This document shows positions 25,822 through 37,555 of a stretch of 64,000 nt of DNA, in pieces (the first letter of the stretch is position 1; each line of letters begins with the position of its first letter). Origin of the DNA: Lama guanicoe. Taxonomy: Eukaryota. Location of the stretch: positions 1,419,829-1,483,828 of the forward strand of contig MU054936.1 of NCBI GenBank assembly GCA_013239625.1, written 5' to 3'. A program made the position numbers and the translations under genes. Below the pieces are notes generated by a model, which ran no database searches, was not told where the DNA came from, and saw only the letters and a program-made list of their open reading frames with translations.

Positions 25822-27289
25822 AGCGGGAAAAAGTCTAAATTTTCTCTTGATTTGCAAAATAATCTTATTTTGTTCTCTTTTTGGACTCAAAGACTCACCT
25901 TTGCCATCACTACCTGTGGACCTTTTGTCTTTGCCTTTAAGTTTACTCCTTTAAATGATACTGAGGACATGGTTGGTAGTTTTAATGGAGAAGGGCAGCA
26001 ACTCTCATATTCTTATTCAGAAATTCTTTCTGTAGAAAGGCTATACTATTTCAGCCAGCACTTAGTTTAATGAGAGAAACAGGTCAAATGCCAAAGAGGA
26101 GAGGACACACAATTAGATGGCCGAATAATATACGGAGCAACAAATGAAATGTCATAGAGTCACATCACATGAAGTCTATAGCATCCAGTGCAGCATTTCT
26201 CAACCAGTTTCCTTTTCTGTGAAATGGAGATAACAAAAGTACCCACTTCATAGGATCATGGGAAAGATTAAACAAATTAATACATGTAAAGCACTCAGGC
26301 TGTCAGTAAGCAATGAATACATCTCAGCTATATTATCATCACAGTTGGGGTTATAGACTTCTGAAAAGTTAACAAAAGCTACAGATCCCTGAATCTATAA
26401 TTCTGATCTAGGGTCAAACTCCAGGTCCATGTGGAGAAAATAAAGAAAGTTGGTTAAAGTCCCAAATGATGTTAATAATGCTAAGACTCAAGAGTCCAGA
26501 AATTAAAAAGGGTGGCCCAAGTAGGTGGAAGTCTTGAAAACAAAACATAAAGATGTGGTTATTGAATGAGGAACTAACAAACAGGCGCAAGCAACATTCA
26601 TGCTGCAATAAACACAGGAGTCAATTTTATTAAATTCTGTAAATACAAAACACATTTGTACTTCACCTGTTGGTAACAGTAACTATGTTCAACAAAAACT
26701 TGAAGAGTATTTTATAACAGCTTCAAAGTCAGCAAGTGATACCAGTAGAAAAGGCAGTGATAAAACAACCAGGTACCAGAGGAAGAGAGAAGGGGAGTGT
26801 GATTTGGAGAAGTGTCCGTAAACCTAACCGCGGGTTTGCAGACATTTGTTCTCGCTTTTCCAAACTTCCCTAGCTCCCGGAGTCCCCACCCTTGGCGGGA
26901 TGATCACTGCTCACTGTCGCTACAGCCCAATCTTTCCCTTTTTCTAGGGAACCCACATCGCTCAGAACTCCTTCGTCAAGTGAAGAACGAAAGAACGGAG
27001 GATACGTTGAGGGAAGGAAGCCAACAATGAGTGCCTACAATTTGGGAAGCACAGTGCCCGGCCCTAACATACATCTTAATTTAATTAGCAAGGAAAGACT
27101 TGGAAGAAGGGAACTGACATAACAGGATCAAGGGATGGGAAAGAGAAGGGGCCAGCAGGTAAGAGGGAGGGAGGTTAGAAGAGTTCGAGGACTGGACACT
27201 GCTGGGATCTGAAAGGGATCGCCAGCAAGGGCAGGAGGGAACGAAGGCTAGAGAAGGGGACAGCAGGTGGGAGAGGGGACGGAAGAAGA

Positions 27290-27740
27290 GAACAACGGAC
27301 TGTGCCGGAGCACGAAACGCCGGCAGCAGGAGAGAGCTGCTGCGTGAAACCAATAGTGTCACCCGCTTACCTTGCTACGCCCCCCGGAGGCGACGCGCTG
27401 CTGCGAGCTGAGGCCCGGGAAAGACTGGGAAGGGACGTTCAGCATCCTGAACCCTTGACCCGGGCCCTGCCCAGGGTCCGCCGCGGGACGGGTTAGTTCT
27501 GCTCGGCTCCTTTGAGGTAACACCTCCCGCTCCGGCTCCGAGGCCGGGCAGAGGCCAAGCCCCCGACCCACTTCCGGGGTCGCCCAGGGTGAGGCGCGTC
27601 ATGACGCAGCACGTCGAGCCGCTGGGGGCGGAGCCAACGTAGAGCCGGCAGGAGTGGAACCGGGGCGAAGTACGCATGCTCCGTTAGTCCCGCACCGTGA
27701 ATTTCAGCACCGCAGGGAGGTGACAGCTATTCCGTGGAAA
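27290..27740 (-). promoter_or_regulatory. CYB5R4: CYB5R4 CpG-island, TATA-less promoter
   Basis: CpG-rich; ETS site CACTTCCGG 27569-27577; palindrome GCGTCATGACGC 27596-27607; GC box GGGGCGGAGC 27625-27634; NRF1-like ACGCATGC near 27672. Confidence 0.85.
27371..27445 (-). CDS. CYB5R4: CYB5R4 (NCB5OR) coding exon 1, MLNVPSQSFPGLSSQQRVASGGRSK (75 nt)
   Basis: ATG at 27445-27443; translation closely matches the CYB5R4 N-terminus; donor AAG|GTAAGC at 27370; lies in a CpG island. Confidence 0.97.
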
Positions 27741-28194
27741 GATTAAAGAATGAAGCTGTTCCTTAGCCTTGGTGCTGACTGAATCTGAGAATAAATTCTT
27801 ACGGACGCCTGTTAACCCAGAACACAAGTGTCTGTCCGTTGTTAAAGCACTACCATCACACTACTTGAAATATGGAATAAACTAACACTATTAAGGCATT
27901 CTGATTTCTCTGAAACTCTCTCCTCTAAAGCACCAGGCTGTACAGGAAAGAGAATCTTTAAGAATTAAGATGCCGAATGCAAACAGCCACTCCTGCGAGG
28001 TAAGGAGAAAACTTCACCTTTAAGAGCTCTCGCTAATGACTAACGAATGAATCAAAAAGGTTAGTAAAGTCTCCTTCTGCTCCATTCACTCACACACAAG
28101 TTCTTCCTCCTCATCTAACTTCCTCTTTTTCCTGAAAGATAGAGGGAATTGTTTATTGATACAGCCAACCCCTAAATGTAGTGTTGAACAGCTA

Positions 28195-28405
28195 GCCAGG
28201 TTTACAAATCATATAGGTTTAATTTGGATGCTATCCCCGCACTTAATAAATGAGCAGCCTTATGCAAGTTACTTTAGTATCCCAAAGCCTCATTTTCCAT
28301 CCGCATAATGGGTTTAGGTTTTAGTAAGGATTAAATGAGATGTCATATGTAATTTACCTAGTAGAGTGCCTGGCTAATAGTAGGCACTCAATAAATGTGG
28401 CTGTG
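28195..28405 (+). mobile_element. MIR SINE between RIPPLY2 and CYB5R4
   Basis: MIR core caagttacttt...cctcattttcc...aggattaaatgaga...gcactcaataaatg. Confidence 0.8.
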
Positions 28406-29773
28406 GTTCTTCATACTACTCCAACATATTAATGACAGCAGCACAAATACTGTGCAGGTAACACCAGTCCCTAATGCTCAGGGTCCAGATTGGTGACCTG
28501 GTGGGTTTTCTGCGTATCTCTTGGGGGAACACGCACAGCCTTGAGAAGAATTCAGTGAAAGGAGAAAGTCTTCAGAAGAAATATAGTTCTAAGTAACTTT
28601 CTCCATCCTCCTGCCATGACTAACTTATCCTGACTCTGAAACATGGTTTGAACTTGCGCTATTTCAATTGCCTTGTCCTTAACGTGGCGGTAAATCAGTG
28701 TTTGTAGTATCTTTACAATTAGAAGGAAAAGTGTGCAAATGTATGTAGTCATTCAAGTAAGGGGCATTTCTTAGCTAGACAACCATCTCTGGCATTCACC
28801 TCTGCTCATATCATTTGCAGTGGAAATGTGTATTTCAATTGCTTGAGATTGAAAAGATTATATCTGAGCTAAAAGAATTTCATGATCATAGCTTACAATA
28901 TTACCTTTACCATGCAAAGTGCTCCTGCTTTCTCTTTCATTAAATGATGTATTCTTCTCTGAGTCTATGTTTTGAAAAAATGTAATCACAAAGAATGTCT
29001 TATTTCACTTCCCATGAGAAAATTTTTACATGAGAGTATCAGGAGCAGGGAACAAGAGCAACAGAAGGTAATGCTGCTGGAGAATGTTTCCTATCTGCAA
29101 ATTTCTTAGCTCCCTTATGGACAGAAATGTAAAAATACTATCAAATTCTGGCCTTTGGGATCCCCTTTTTTAGACTCCATGTAAGCCACATCCACTTAGA
29201 TGTTTTGTTTTAATTATGGGGAATCCCTCAATGTAGTGCTATAAGGACTGAAAACCTCTGCTATTTTACTTCTGGATTTAAGGACAGCAGAAGAGTGTTA
29301 ACGTCAGAATTACTTGACTCATCATTCATTAAAATCTGTAAAACTTAATAGCCCTAACATTGATTCCCAATCTCAATTATAGAAAATGATTTACATTTTT
29401 CACCATCAGCTAGCTAATACATAATAATAATGTGTGATTGGTAACATAAGGTGCTTTTCCTCATTATCTAATAAGATAATATTCATTTGTAACTACAACA
29501 TCCAATGGGGATCAATAGGAAATATCAGCTGTTACAAGATTCAGTCTTGAAAATTAAATAATGTCATTCTTTGACAAGTCATATATAAACATTTTCAAAA
29601 TTATAACTAAAGATAAATTTGTAATTTGATGAAGAGATCCAAATTATCTTTTGTAAGCCCCAAATGTTTACAGTACAGTCAAGACATTTGTAAGTGGAAC
29701 CTATCTTTAAATTCCAACACTGAATTATAGTGTAGGGATAAAAAAAGCCAAACTCCCATAGTAAATATTTCAT

Positions 29774-29779
29774 TTTATT
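29774..29779 (-). terminator. RIPPLY2: Probable RIPPLY2 polyadenylation signal AATAAA
   Basis: TTTATT on the + strand about 100 nt past the stop codon in an AU-rich 3' UTR. Confidence 0.7.
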
Positions 29780-29881
29780 AATAATTTATATACAAATAAA
29801 TTAGTTTATACGAATTATGATACATTTGTACACTAATCTAATTTGTACCTACAAGCTTTGAATGTCATCAAAATAATTAGA

Positions 29882-30029
29882 CTAATTTTCACAGATCAGC
29901 TCCTCAATTTCTTCTTCACTATCAGAATCTTCATAAATTGAAATTGTGGCTTGAATTGGAAAATTTTTCAGAAGAGCTTCTGCTTCTTGATATAAGTAAT
30001 CATAACACTTTGATTTTGGCCAAAACAGT
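29882..30029 (-). CDS. RIPPLY2: RIPPLY2 coding exon 4, (R)LFWPKSKCYDYLYQEAEALLKNFPIQATISIYEDSDSEEEIEELICEN*
   Basis: Ripply homology domain and acidic tail; acceptor ttacAG; TAG at 29884-29882; total CDS 402 nt = 133 aa. Confidence 0.97.
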
Positions 30030-31329
30030 CTGTAAGAAGCAGACAACATAATATGCTTTACTTTTTTCACATTCAGAATCCTTATGCTCATGAAATGTTC
30101 AAATTTCAAGAGCTCCATATATTTAACAACTGGTTTATGCATTTAGATAGAGAGTTTTAAATGCTACTAACAGAGCTTTCATGGAGTCTACTTGACAAAA
30201 TATCAGTAACTGGTTGATTATTTTAAACCTTTATCCAAGCTGTAAATTGGGTCAAACAAATTCACACTGAATCCTTGAAGTGCATAAGATCAACATTTAG
30301 CTTATGTCAGGCATTATGGGTACATTTATTCTCACAAAATATAGAAGGTTTGTCTTCCAATTTTCAAATTCCTTTGGGGAAAAAAATAAATCCTACCAGG
30401 ACATTAAAAACTGTGATAATAGCCAACTTTATAAAGATGACAAAATATTCTGCACCTTACACCAAGGCAGAAATTACCTAGTATCTTGCTTGAAAATCAG
30501 ACTTAGCTCTTAGTTACAGATGTAGCCAAAGCAAGTTCAGAAAATTTAAAAAAGCAACATTTTAAAAAGCTTACCTCTGACCCCAACTTTGATCCCATCT
30601 CTCTCCCCTTTCCCTACCCAACTAAATTTGGGAACAACATATTGAGATATTGTGAATGATACTGGTTTTATACAACTTAAGTTGCATGTAAATGTGATTA
30701 CCTCAAAATTTCAAATTTCTGACAACTATTAATCTAGCCATCTGGTCTTCTATTATTTTTCATCCAAGCAAAATAAAAGAAGGACAAGGCTGAATCACCA
30801 ATTACAGTGCAGTCATTTTAGTGTACAATAAACAGTCCCATGCACCCATATAATAGATTGATTCTAACAAAGAAAAGGTTACATTATGTTCAGTATACTT
30901 CATTTTAAAAGGCAATGTAGTTTATAAATGTTGCTAGCCAAATAGTTTGTTTTTAATTTACAAATTTGGTGCCTAAATAAACAACCATCAGTAATTCGTC
31001 ATTTAATAAACATTTTAGGGACCTCTTGTCCCAAACATAATTCGTAATTCAAAGATGAACAAATCATGGTCCCAACCCTCAAGAAATTAACAATGGAGTA
31101 AAAAGAATCAGAAACACACAATATTACTCAAGACAGAACCTAATAAAAATAAACTTGAGAGAAATACAAAGATATTGCTACAGTAGTTCAGAAAAGAAAG
31201 GAATTGCTTATATAGGAAACAACTGATTTTCTAATGTGTAACTGAAACTACCAAACCCAAAAAAATGTAGTTTAATTGTCACACTCTCTAAATAGCACAC
31301 ACTCTCTCTCTGGAATCTCTCAGTGACCA

Positions 31330-32440
31330 TTTTTCTTCCAGGGACTTCATACTTCCCTGAATTTCCCCCTATTCTGAGTAATTCTTCCCAGCCATCCTTG
31401 TGAATCTCTCTTTGCATGCAGATTAGATGTTGGCCTTCCCCCAGTGTTTTATCAAGACTGAGCATCTCTCATCTCTCACTCCTCCAGATGACCTGACCCA
31501 CTGCCATGATTTCTCCAATTGTTTATTTGCCAAAGAACTTAACTATGACCTCTGGCCTATATATGCAGCTCTCTACTGGATATACCTATTTGAAGGCTCC
31601 ACAGGCATAATAAACATGATAAAGGGAAATCTGATTCATTATCTTGTTCCCCAGATCTGTTTTAAGCACTAATTTCCATTCTTTTGGTACAGCGTTCACC
31701 TGGTCATCAGCCACCAACTTGGGAGCCATTCTGTCTTTCTACCTCTTCTTTAACTACTGTATCCAATACATTATAAGCCTAATCTATTCTGTCACCTAAG
31801 TATTCCCCAAATTCACCCAGTCCCATCCCCATTTCCAGTGCCTTAGAATGGCTCTTTATCATTTCTTGTCTGAATTGCAATAACTTCCAGTTTCACCTTT
31901 GGTGTTCTAAGCCTTCATACCATTTCTTTAGTGATTGTTCTGAAACATAGTTCTGATCACACTATTCTTCTGGTTAAAATCCCTTGAGTAACCCCTAGTA
32001 CCACTTACAGAGTAAAGTTCATGCATTCCCAATGCCACATACATGATCAGAACAAAATTCTTGTACAACATCTGTGCAAGGTATAGAAGATCTGGCATCT
32101 GGCTCCCCTGCTGGAATGACCACAGCTTCACACACCCAAATTCTAATTCCTTGATGGTCCCAGAAGGAACCATGCTGTTCTCTTTTCTGTGCTTTTTTTT
32201 TTTTTTTTTGCCCCACCACTTCCCCAACCTACCATCCATCTGGCTAACTTCAAGACTCAGTCAGGTAATCACACCTATGATACATACTTCCCTGCCTCTT
32301 CCCTACTCCCTCTGGCAGTTAGGCATAAAACTGACCAAACTAAACTACTGCAACACTTTCAAGGGGCTGTGGTTATTTTCAACTTGAGTCCTTCACCAGT
32401 GCTAGCACAGGGCAGGAAATTAATCAACATGTATTGACTA
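31330..32440 (+). mobile_element. L2 LINE remnant in RIPPLY2 intron 3
   Basis: L2 3'-region motifs (gatcacactattc...ttaaaatccctt, ccagtgctagcacag). Confidence 0.6.
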
Positions 32441-33141
32441 CTATGTGCTCTTATAAACACATACATGTCCTACAAACATATAGCTCTTCATTTAACAGCT
32501 GGCTGAAGCAGGCAACTGCAGAATTAAACTTTCACTTGATTAAAAGCTACAAAGAATCTTGCAGAAAGGCTGACTTTCTGTAGCAAGGAACAGTAAACCA
32601 GCTCCTCCTTGTTAGGTCAGATAACTTTTGATCCCTTTTATGATCCTTAATAATCTTTAGGATTTTCATCACATTTCCATTTTCTCTTACATCTCAAGCT
32701 CGATTTGTTCGATTTGCTGTAATCCGCAATTGTGAACACCATTTTTTCTTCTGGTTTGCAAGAGAATAAGAATATACATACTCCGCCTGGTGTGAAGTCA
32801 GTTTCACATGAACTCTTTGGCAGTAGGAAAAATTGCTTTGCACGCACAAGATGTCACCGTCCTACTTTTATCAATACTACCCACTTTCCCACTTTATAAT
32901 ATTTCTTCAAGTGTTTACCGAGTGTGCACTGATAAACAGTTCTTTTAGGTGAGAACATGGGCTCCTACATTTTATCAGTTTGATGAGTAAAGGACCTCTG
33001 GTACTAGGAAGATAAACATTGTAGATAGATTTTCCCAGACAGAAAAACTTCAGGGCCAGAGTTTGAGCTGGGCTATGTGATGCCCCAGGCTCTTCCCTGG
33101 GGCTGCAGGCGCAGGAGACCCCCAGTAAGGCCTTCACTCAC

Positions 33142-33206
33142 CTGACGGGGTGTTTGTATCGGGAAAGCTTTCCTGAGGCGTCCGTTATTCCGGGGCCATC
33201 GGGAAT
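33142..33206 (-). CDS. RIPPLY2: RIPPLY2 coding exon 3, IPDGPGITDASGKLSRYKHPV(R) (65 nt)
   Basis: HPVR start of the Ripply homology domain; acceptor ccAG, donor AG|GTGAGT. Confidence 0.96.
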
Positions 33207-33536
33207 CTGGGGGTGTAAGGAGATGAATCGCAGTTATTACTCACCTTCTTCTAAAAGCTGGAAACCCAGACGACCAAGCGTTTCTCGCGCCTGCAGGCAA
33301 TGTGACCCCGGGGCTCTCAGGAGCCTTGCTCCGGGCCCAATCTGTGCATTCCAGTTGCTCCGGAGGACGCACTCGCCGCATCAGCACCGACAGGGCCATC
33401 GGTACTGCCACCAGCAGGCGCGACCTTAAGCGAGGGGCAGGCCAGGCGCGAGTGCTCCCTGGGGCCACGCGTACCCAGCCCTGGTGGATCAACTGCGCGG
33501 CTGGCAGGCGCGGCCCGCCTCGCGTGGCTCACTCAC

Positions 33537-33615
33537 CGCCTCCGCGGCCTGCTGCGGCGCCTCCTCCGCCTTCTCGCCCCGGTTGTCCACCCACGGTCTC
33601 CAGAAGCCTGCGGAT
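33537..33615 (-). CDS. RIPPLY2: RIPPLY2 coding exon 2, (G)SAGFWRPWVDNRGEKAEEAPQQAAEA (79 nt)
   Basis: WRPW Groucho/TLE-binding motif; acceptor cgcAG, donor GCG|GTGAGT. Confidence 0.96.
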
Positions 33616-33794
33616 CTGCGAGGTGGGGAGCACAAAACGCGCAGAGGAGACGTGAGCCCAGACCCGCGAGAACCGACCGCAGCCGAGCGAGGGCCGGGAG
33701 GGTGTAGGGGCGGAGAGCCGAGGGGAGGAGCTGGGGAGGCGCGGGCGCGAGGGATGGGGTGGGGGAGGCGCAGGGCGGGGCAGAGGCGCGGTAC

Positions 33795-33904
33795 CCGGAG
33801 TCCGCGCCCCCGCGCCGCGTCGGGCGGTCGGGGGCTGCGGGCGGTTGGCGGCCGCGTCGCGCGCACTGGCCGGCTCGGCTCTCCGTGCGCTCCGGGATCT
33901 CCAT
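33795..33904 (-). CDS. RIPPLY2: RIPPLY2 coding exon 1, MEIPERTESR...PTRRGGADS(G) (110 nt)
   Basis: ATG in cccATGG context 44 nt below a TATA box; PTRRxGADSG matches RIPPLY2; donor GG|GTACCG gives phase 2, compatible with exon 2. Confidence 0.9.
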
Positions 33905-33947
33905 GGGCAGGCTGGCCCCTGGCACCCACCAGGCCGGAGCCCGAGCC

Positions 33948-33954
33948 TTATATA
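33948..33954 (-). promoter_or_regulatory. RIPPLY2: RIPPLY2 TATA box (TATATAA)
   Basis: Isolated AT run in GC-rich DNA 44 nt upstream of the ATG; predicts a TSS near 33924 and a very short 5' UTR. Confidence 0.8.
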
Positions 33955-36900
33955 GCTCCCGCGGCCCGCTGCATCTTTACACGCTCGCGCCCTCTCCGCC
34001 CATCTCTCCCCTGCCGGCCGCGTAAACAAAAAGGGAGCGCGTGAAGGCGCCGCGGCCTGAACCCCGGGGCGAACGCGTGCAATGCCCAAATGGCCCGGGA
34101 AGCGGTTTGCCGAGAGAGTGTTAATCGCTCTTCGACACTTGGCTGCGGGGAGTGGGGGACAGCGTTCGCCCGAGCAGACAAATTCTAAGTGAAGAGACTA
34201 GGAGGGGTTAAAATTAAGCAATTCTACACGTTTTGTGTATTTCTGCAAAAAAAGACCAAGTGGCAGCTAATTGCTTGACTGGCCCAGTCTCACCACTTTT
34301 GGCCTTCGGCAAATACAGCTGATTCTGGACTTCTTACAAAAGGAAGATCAGATTTGGGGGGTTTGTTTCTTTAACGTATTGAAGGACTAGTTTCCTAATC
34401 TGCTGTTACTAATTGAAGATAAAAGATTCCCAAGAGTTGGATTGTGAAAGACTGAGTGTTCCAACCTAGAGGGCCAAAGACTGGAGCCGTGCGATTTGGG
34501 CATGTATCTCTGCTCTCTCTTCCTGAATCTTTGTGATTTTCCCCAGGTCCTTATCTTCCTCCGAAGATAAGTCTTGAGTTTCATTTGTACAATTCTGTGA
34601 CTGTTGGCATTCTGTCACTCAATGATAATTAGAAATGTCTTTCGTGGGTGTTGGGTGTGTGTAGAATAATAATGAAATCTTGGAAAGTTATGATGTGGGA
34701 CAAGTTAGTCAGCCTCTCTGTGCCTTTTTCTCTTATTTAAGTTACCCCTTACTTACCACGAAGGTCCATTAAACTTGGTTAAAAAAAATGTTATGCTTCA
34801 AAGGAAAGATGATATATAAAGGTCATAATTTTTACTCAAAATATTTTGAATAACAGAGCTGAACTTTCTCTTGAAAGTTGTGGATACAAACCCCGAAAGT
34901 AAGCAACAGCGTCTCTGTTATTCTTTCAGTTACTGCGTAAGAAAGTAATCCTTCTAATTAATACCCCAGGGCCTATAATGATCAGGAAGGTGAGATATGG
35001 TTTGTTTCAGTTAATGAAATCAGTAAGGATAGGTATCTAATGCATGTCTCAGGGCCCTAGAATTATGGTTAGGCTAAATAAAACAAAACTTACAGAATGC
35101 TTGCTACAGTGCCTGACACACAGTAAGCTCTCACCAAATTCTAAGCTATATAAAAAATAGAAGCCCTTAACAAATACTAAGCTATCTGATGAAATGGCTT
35201 ATCATTTCAGTTTTGTAAACATCGTTAAGATGTCTGTATTGTGCTAACTGGGGTGCTTTCCAGATATAATTGTGAATAAGATATCTCCCTATTCTCAAGA
35301 GGATTACTGTCATTGTGATCTATGGCCATCACAATAGCCACTTAAGGAAGGTTTTTTTTTAATTGCCACATTCAATAACAAAAGCACATTTTAAGCAGAG
35401 AAGTAGTACAAGGGAGAGAATTGATAAGTCTTTTTGGGACAACCCAGAAAGCCTTCTTAAAGTAAAAGAAACCTAAATTGGGATTTCTAGAAGGATCAGT
35501 TGAGAAATAGTGTAGTCTGTGTGTGTGGTGCAGGAGTGGGAGCAGAAGGAACAGTGCTTCCAGGGCTGGGGTACTGCTGAAGCAGAGATGTGGCTGAAGA
35601 GATAGAAGGGGCTAGGACTATTGAGAGTCAAATATACCATGTTAAAACATTTCAGCTTTGTTCTGGAAGCACAGGTGAGAGATTTTAAGCAGGAAAGTGG
35701 AGTGATCAAAGTTTTCATTTTATAACAGTCACTCTGGCAGCCACATACAGGGAAGACAGATTTAGGGAAGTCTGATCCTGGAGACAAGGAAGTCATTTAC
35801 AAACTCCTAGCAGTAGTTCAGGGAACAGATAATGAGAAGCTATGTACTAAGGATGGGAGTGAAAGAATGTATTTGAAGGATACTTAGAAATAGAACCTCC
35901 AGGACTACCTGAATCCTAAAATGTGGGTAGACGTGAAAGTGAAGTCTACATGTGTTTCCAAGTTTGTAGCCTGCTGAGGTGGGTAGATGGTGATGGCTCA
36001 AAGAAAGATGCAGAAAATGGGACGTGGGAGGAAGAGCAGGTGAGATGCTTTTATGTTCTTTTTTCTGTTAATAGTGCTCAAGGAAAAAAACAATCAATTT
36101 GGTTTGGGATCTTGAATCAGTCAGGTTGGGCTAGGCTAGACGGCAATAACAAATGACTCCAAACTCTCACAATTGTAAAATAATAGAGCTTTGTTTCTCA
36201 CTTAAGTTATATGTTTCTTTTTGCTTGGTGGGAGATCACTGCACATCATCTTCACTGAAGGACAGAAGCCTGTGGAGACTCTTTCCTCTGGAACATTGCA
36301 AGTTGTCATAACATAGGGGGAAGGGAATAAAATTAATACATTTTAGAAGGCTTAGGAAAACATACATTGAGAAAATATCCAGAGGACAACCGGAAATATG
36401 AGATCTGGAGTTTAGGAGAGATTTTAGGGCTAAAGATTTAAATGTGGGAATTGTTAAAAAGGAAGCAGAAATTAAAATGACAGTAATTAATTAGTTCTCC
36501 CATAGAAATTTGGTAAGCTTGACAACAGAACCAAGGACAGAGCTCTGGAAAGCAACATTTGATTTTCAAGTGAGAGAGTATGCAAAAAAAATCATAAAAC
36601 AAAACAAATAAACAAACAAACCCTCTGGGTAAAGGAATGGGGAAGGTGTAGAAGGAGCATTTACAGAACAAGTGTGGTGGAAACATGGGATGAAAGAATT
36701 CCAGCAAGGAAGGAAAGGCCCAAGATATTAAGTGCCACCAAGGAGTCAAACAAGATAAAGACACATGTTAATTAACTGTGGCAATGAAGGGGTTTTAAGT
36801 ACCTGTAAAAAAAAATCTTGAGTGTGTGTATGGAAGCTTTTTTACAGTAAGTTGAGCTCTAGAGGTGAAAAAATAAAAACAGTGGGATGAGGTTACCCGT

Positions 36901-37555
36901 GTACAGGAGAAAAGAGAGAGAAGGGGACTGCTGGGTCAGTCAAGGGGTTTTGTTTTTAGGGTGCAAGAGGCAGGAGAATGTTTATAAGATGAAGAGAAGA
37001 AGAAGGAGGGGAGAAGCCTCTAGAGAGAGGACACTGGATGATGGGCTCATGGTCCCATAGAAGGAAGGAAGCTTGGAAAGCCATAGCCTTGGGGAGGAAT
37101 CTCCTGAGGCTGGAGCGTGCCGCTCAGTGATGGTAGTAATCCAGGTCTGGGAACACTCAAGAAACAAGTTTAATGAGGGTGACTAGATCTGATGTGGGGA
37201 AGGATGGGTGGAATGTAATGAGACATAAATCCAAGAAAATGCCAATTGTCTTAAAATAGTGGGGGAAAAAAAGAGAGAATTAATTTCTATAAGGAAAAAA
37301 GGGAGAACCAATTGATAAAAATAGGGCAAGATTTATACTTAATTGTATTTTGGTAAACTGAGGAACAGAAATATGAATGATTAGAGCTGGGAGATCCTAA
37401 ATATTCCATTTATAAATTTCTTCCATTTATGCCACCTATTTATACAGACATTGAAGCTGATCTCCATTGTGGCAATGACCAGTCAATATTCTTGTTACAT
37501 TTTAAATTAATTTTAGAATTCTATATGAGATCACTAGTACATTTAAATTATGTGC

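Larger units (their letters stand above)
33100..34180. promoter_or_regulatory. RIPPLY2: RIPPLY2 CpG island (promoter to exon 3)
   Basis: About 1 kb of very high GC and CpG density in otherwise CpG-depleted DNA. Confidence 0.92.

Noticed and set aside
27446-27598. In-frame stop-free extension upstream of the CYB5R4 ATG (GTG at 27571)
   Set aside because: GC-rich UTR/promoter, no AUG, and the GTG lies at or above the likely TSS; no positive evidence
30030-30142. ATG-initiated upstream extension of the RIPPLY2 exon 4 ORF
   Set aside because: Intronic sequence upstream of a good acceptor, with no similarity to Ripply proteins
33154-34181. Many overlapping long ORFs (up to 186 aa) on both strands
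   Set aside because: Expected from stop-codon scarcity in a CpG island; only the spliced RIPPLY2 frame has family motifs
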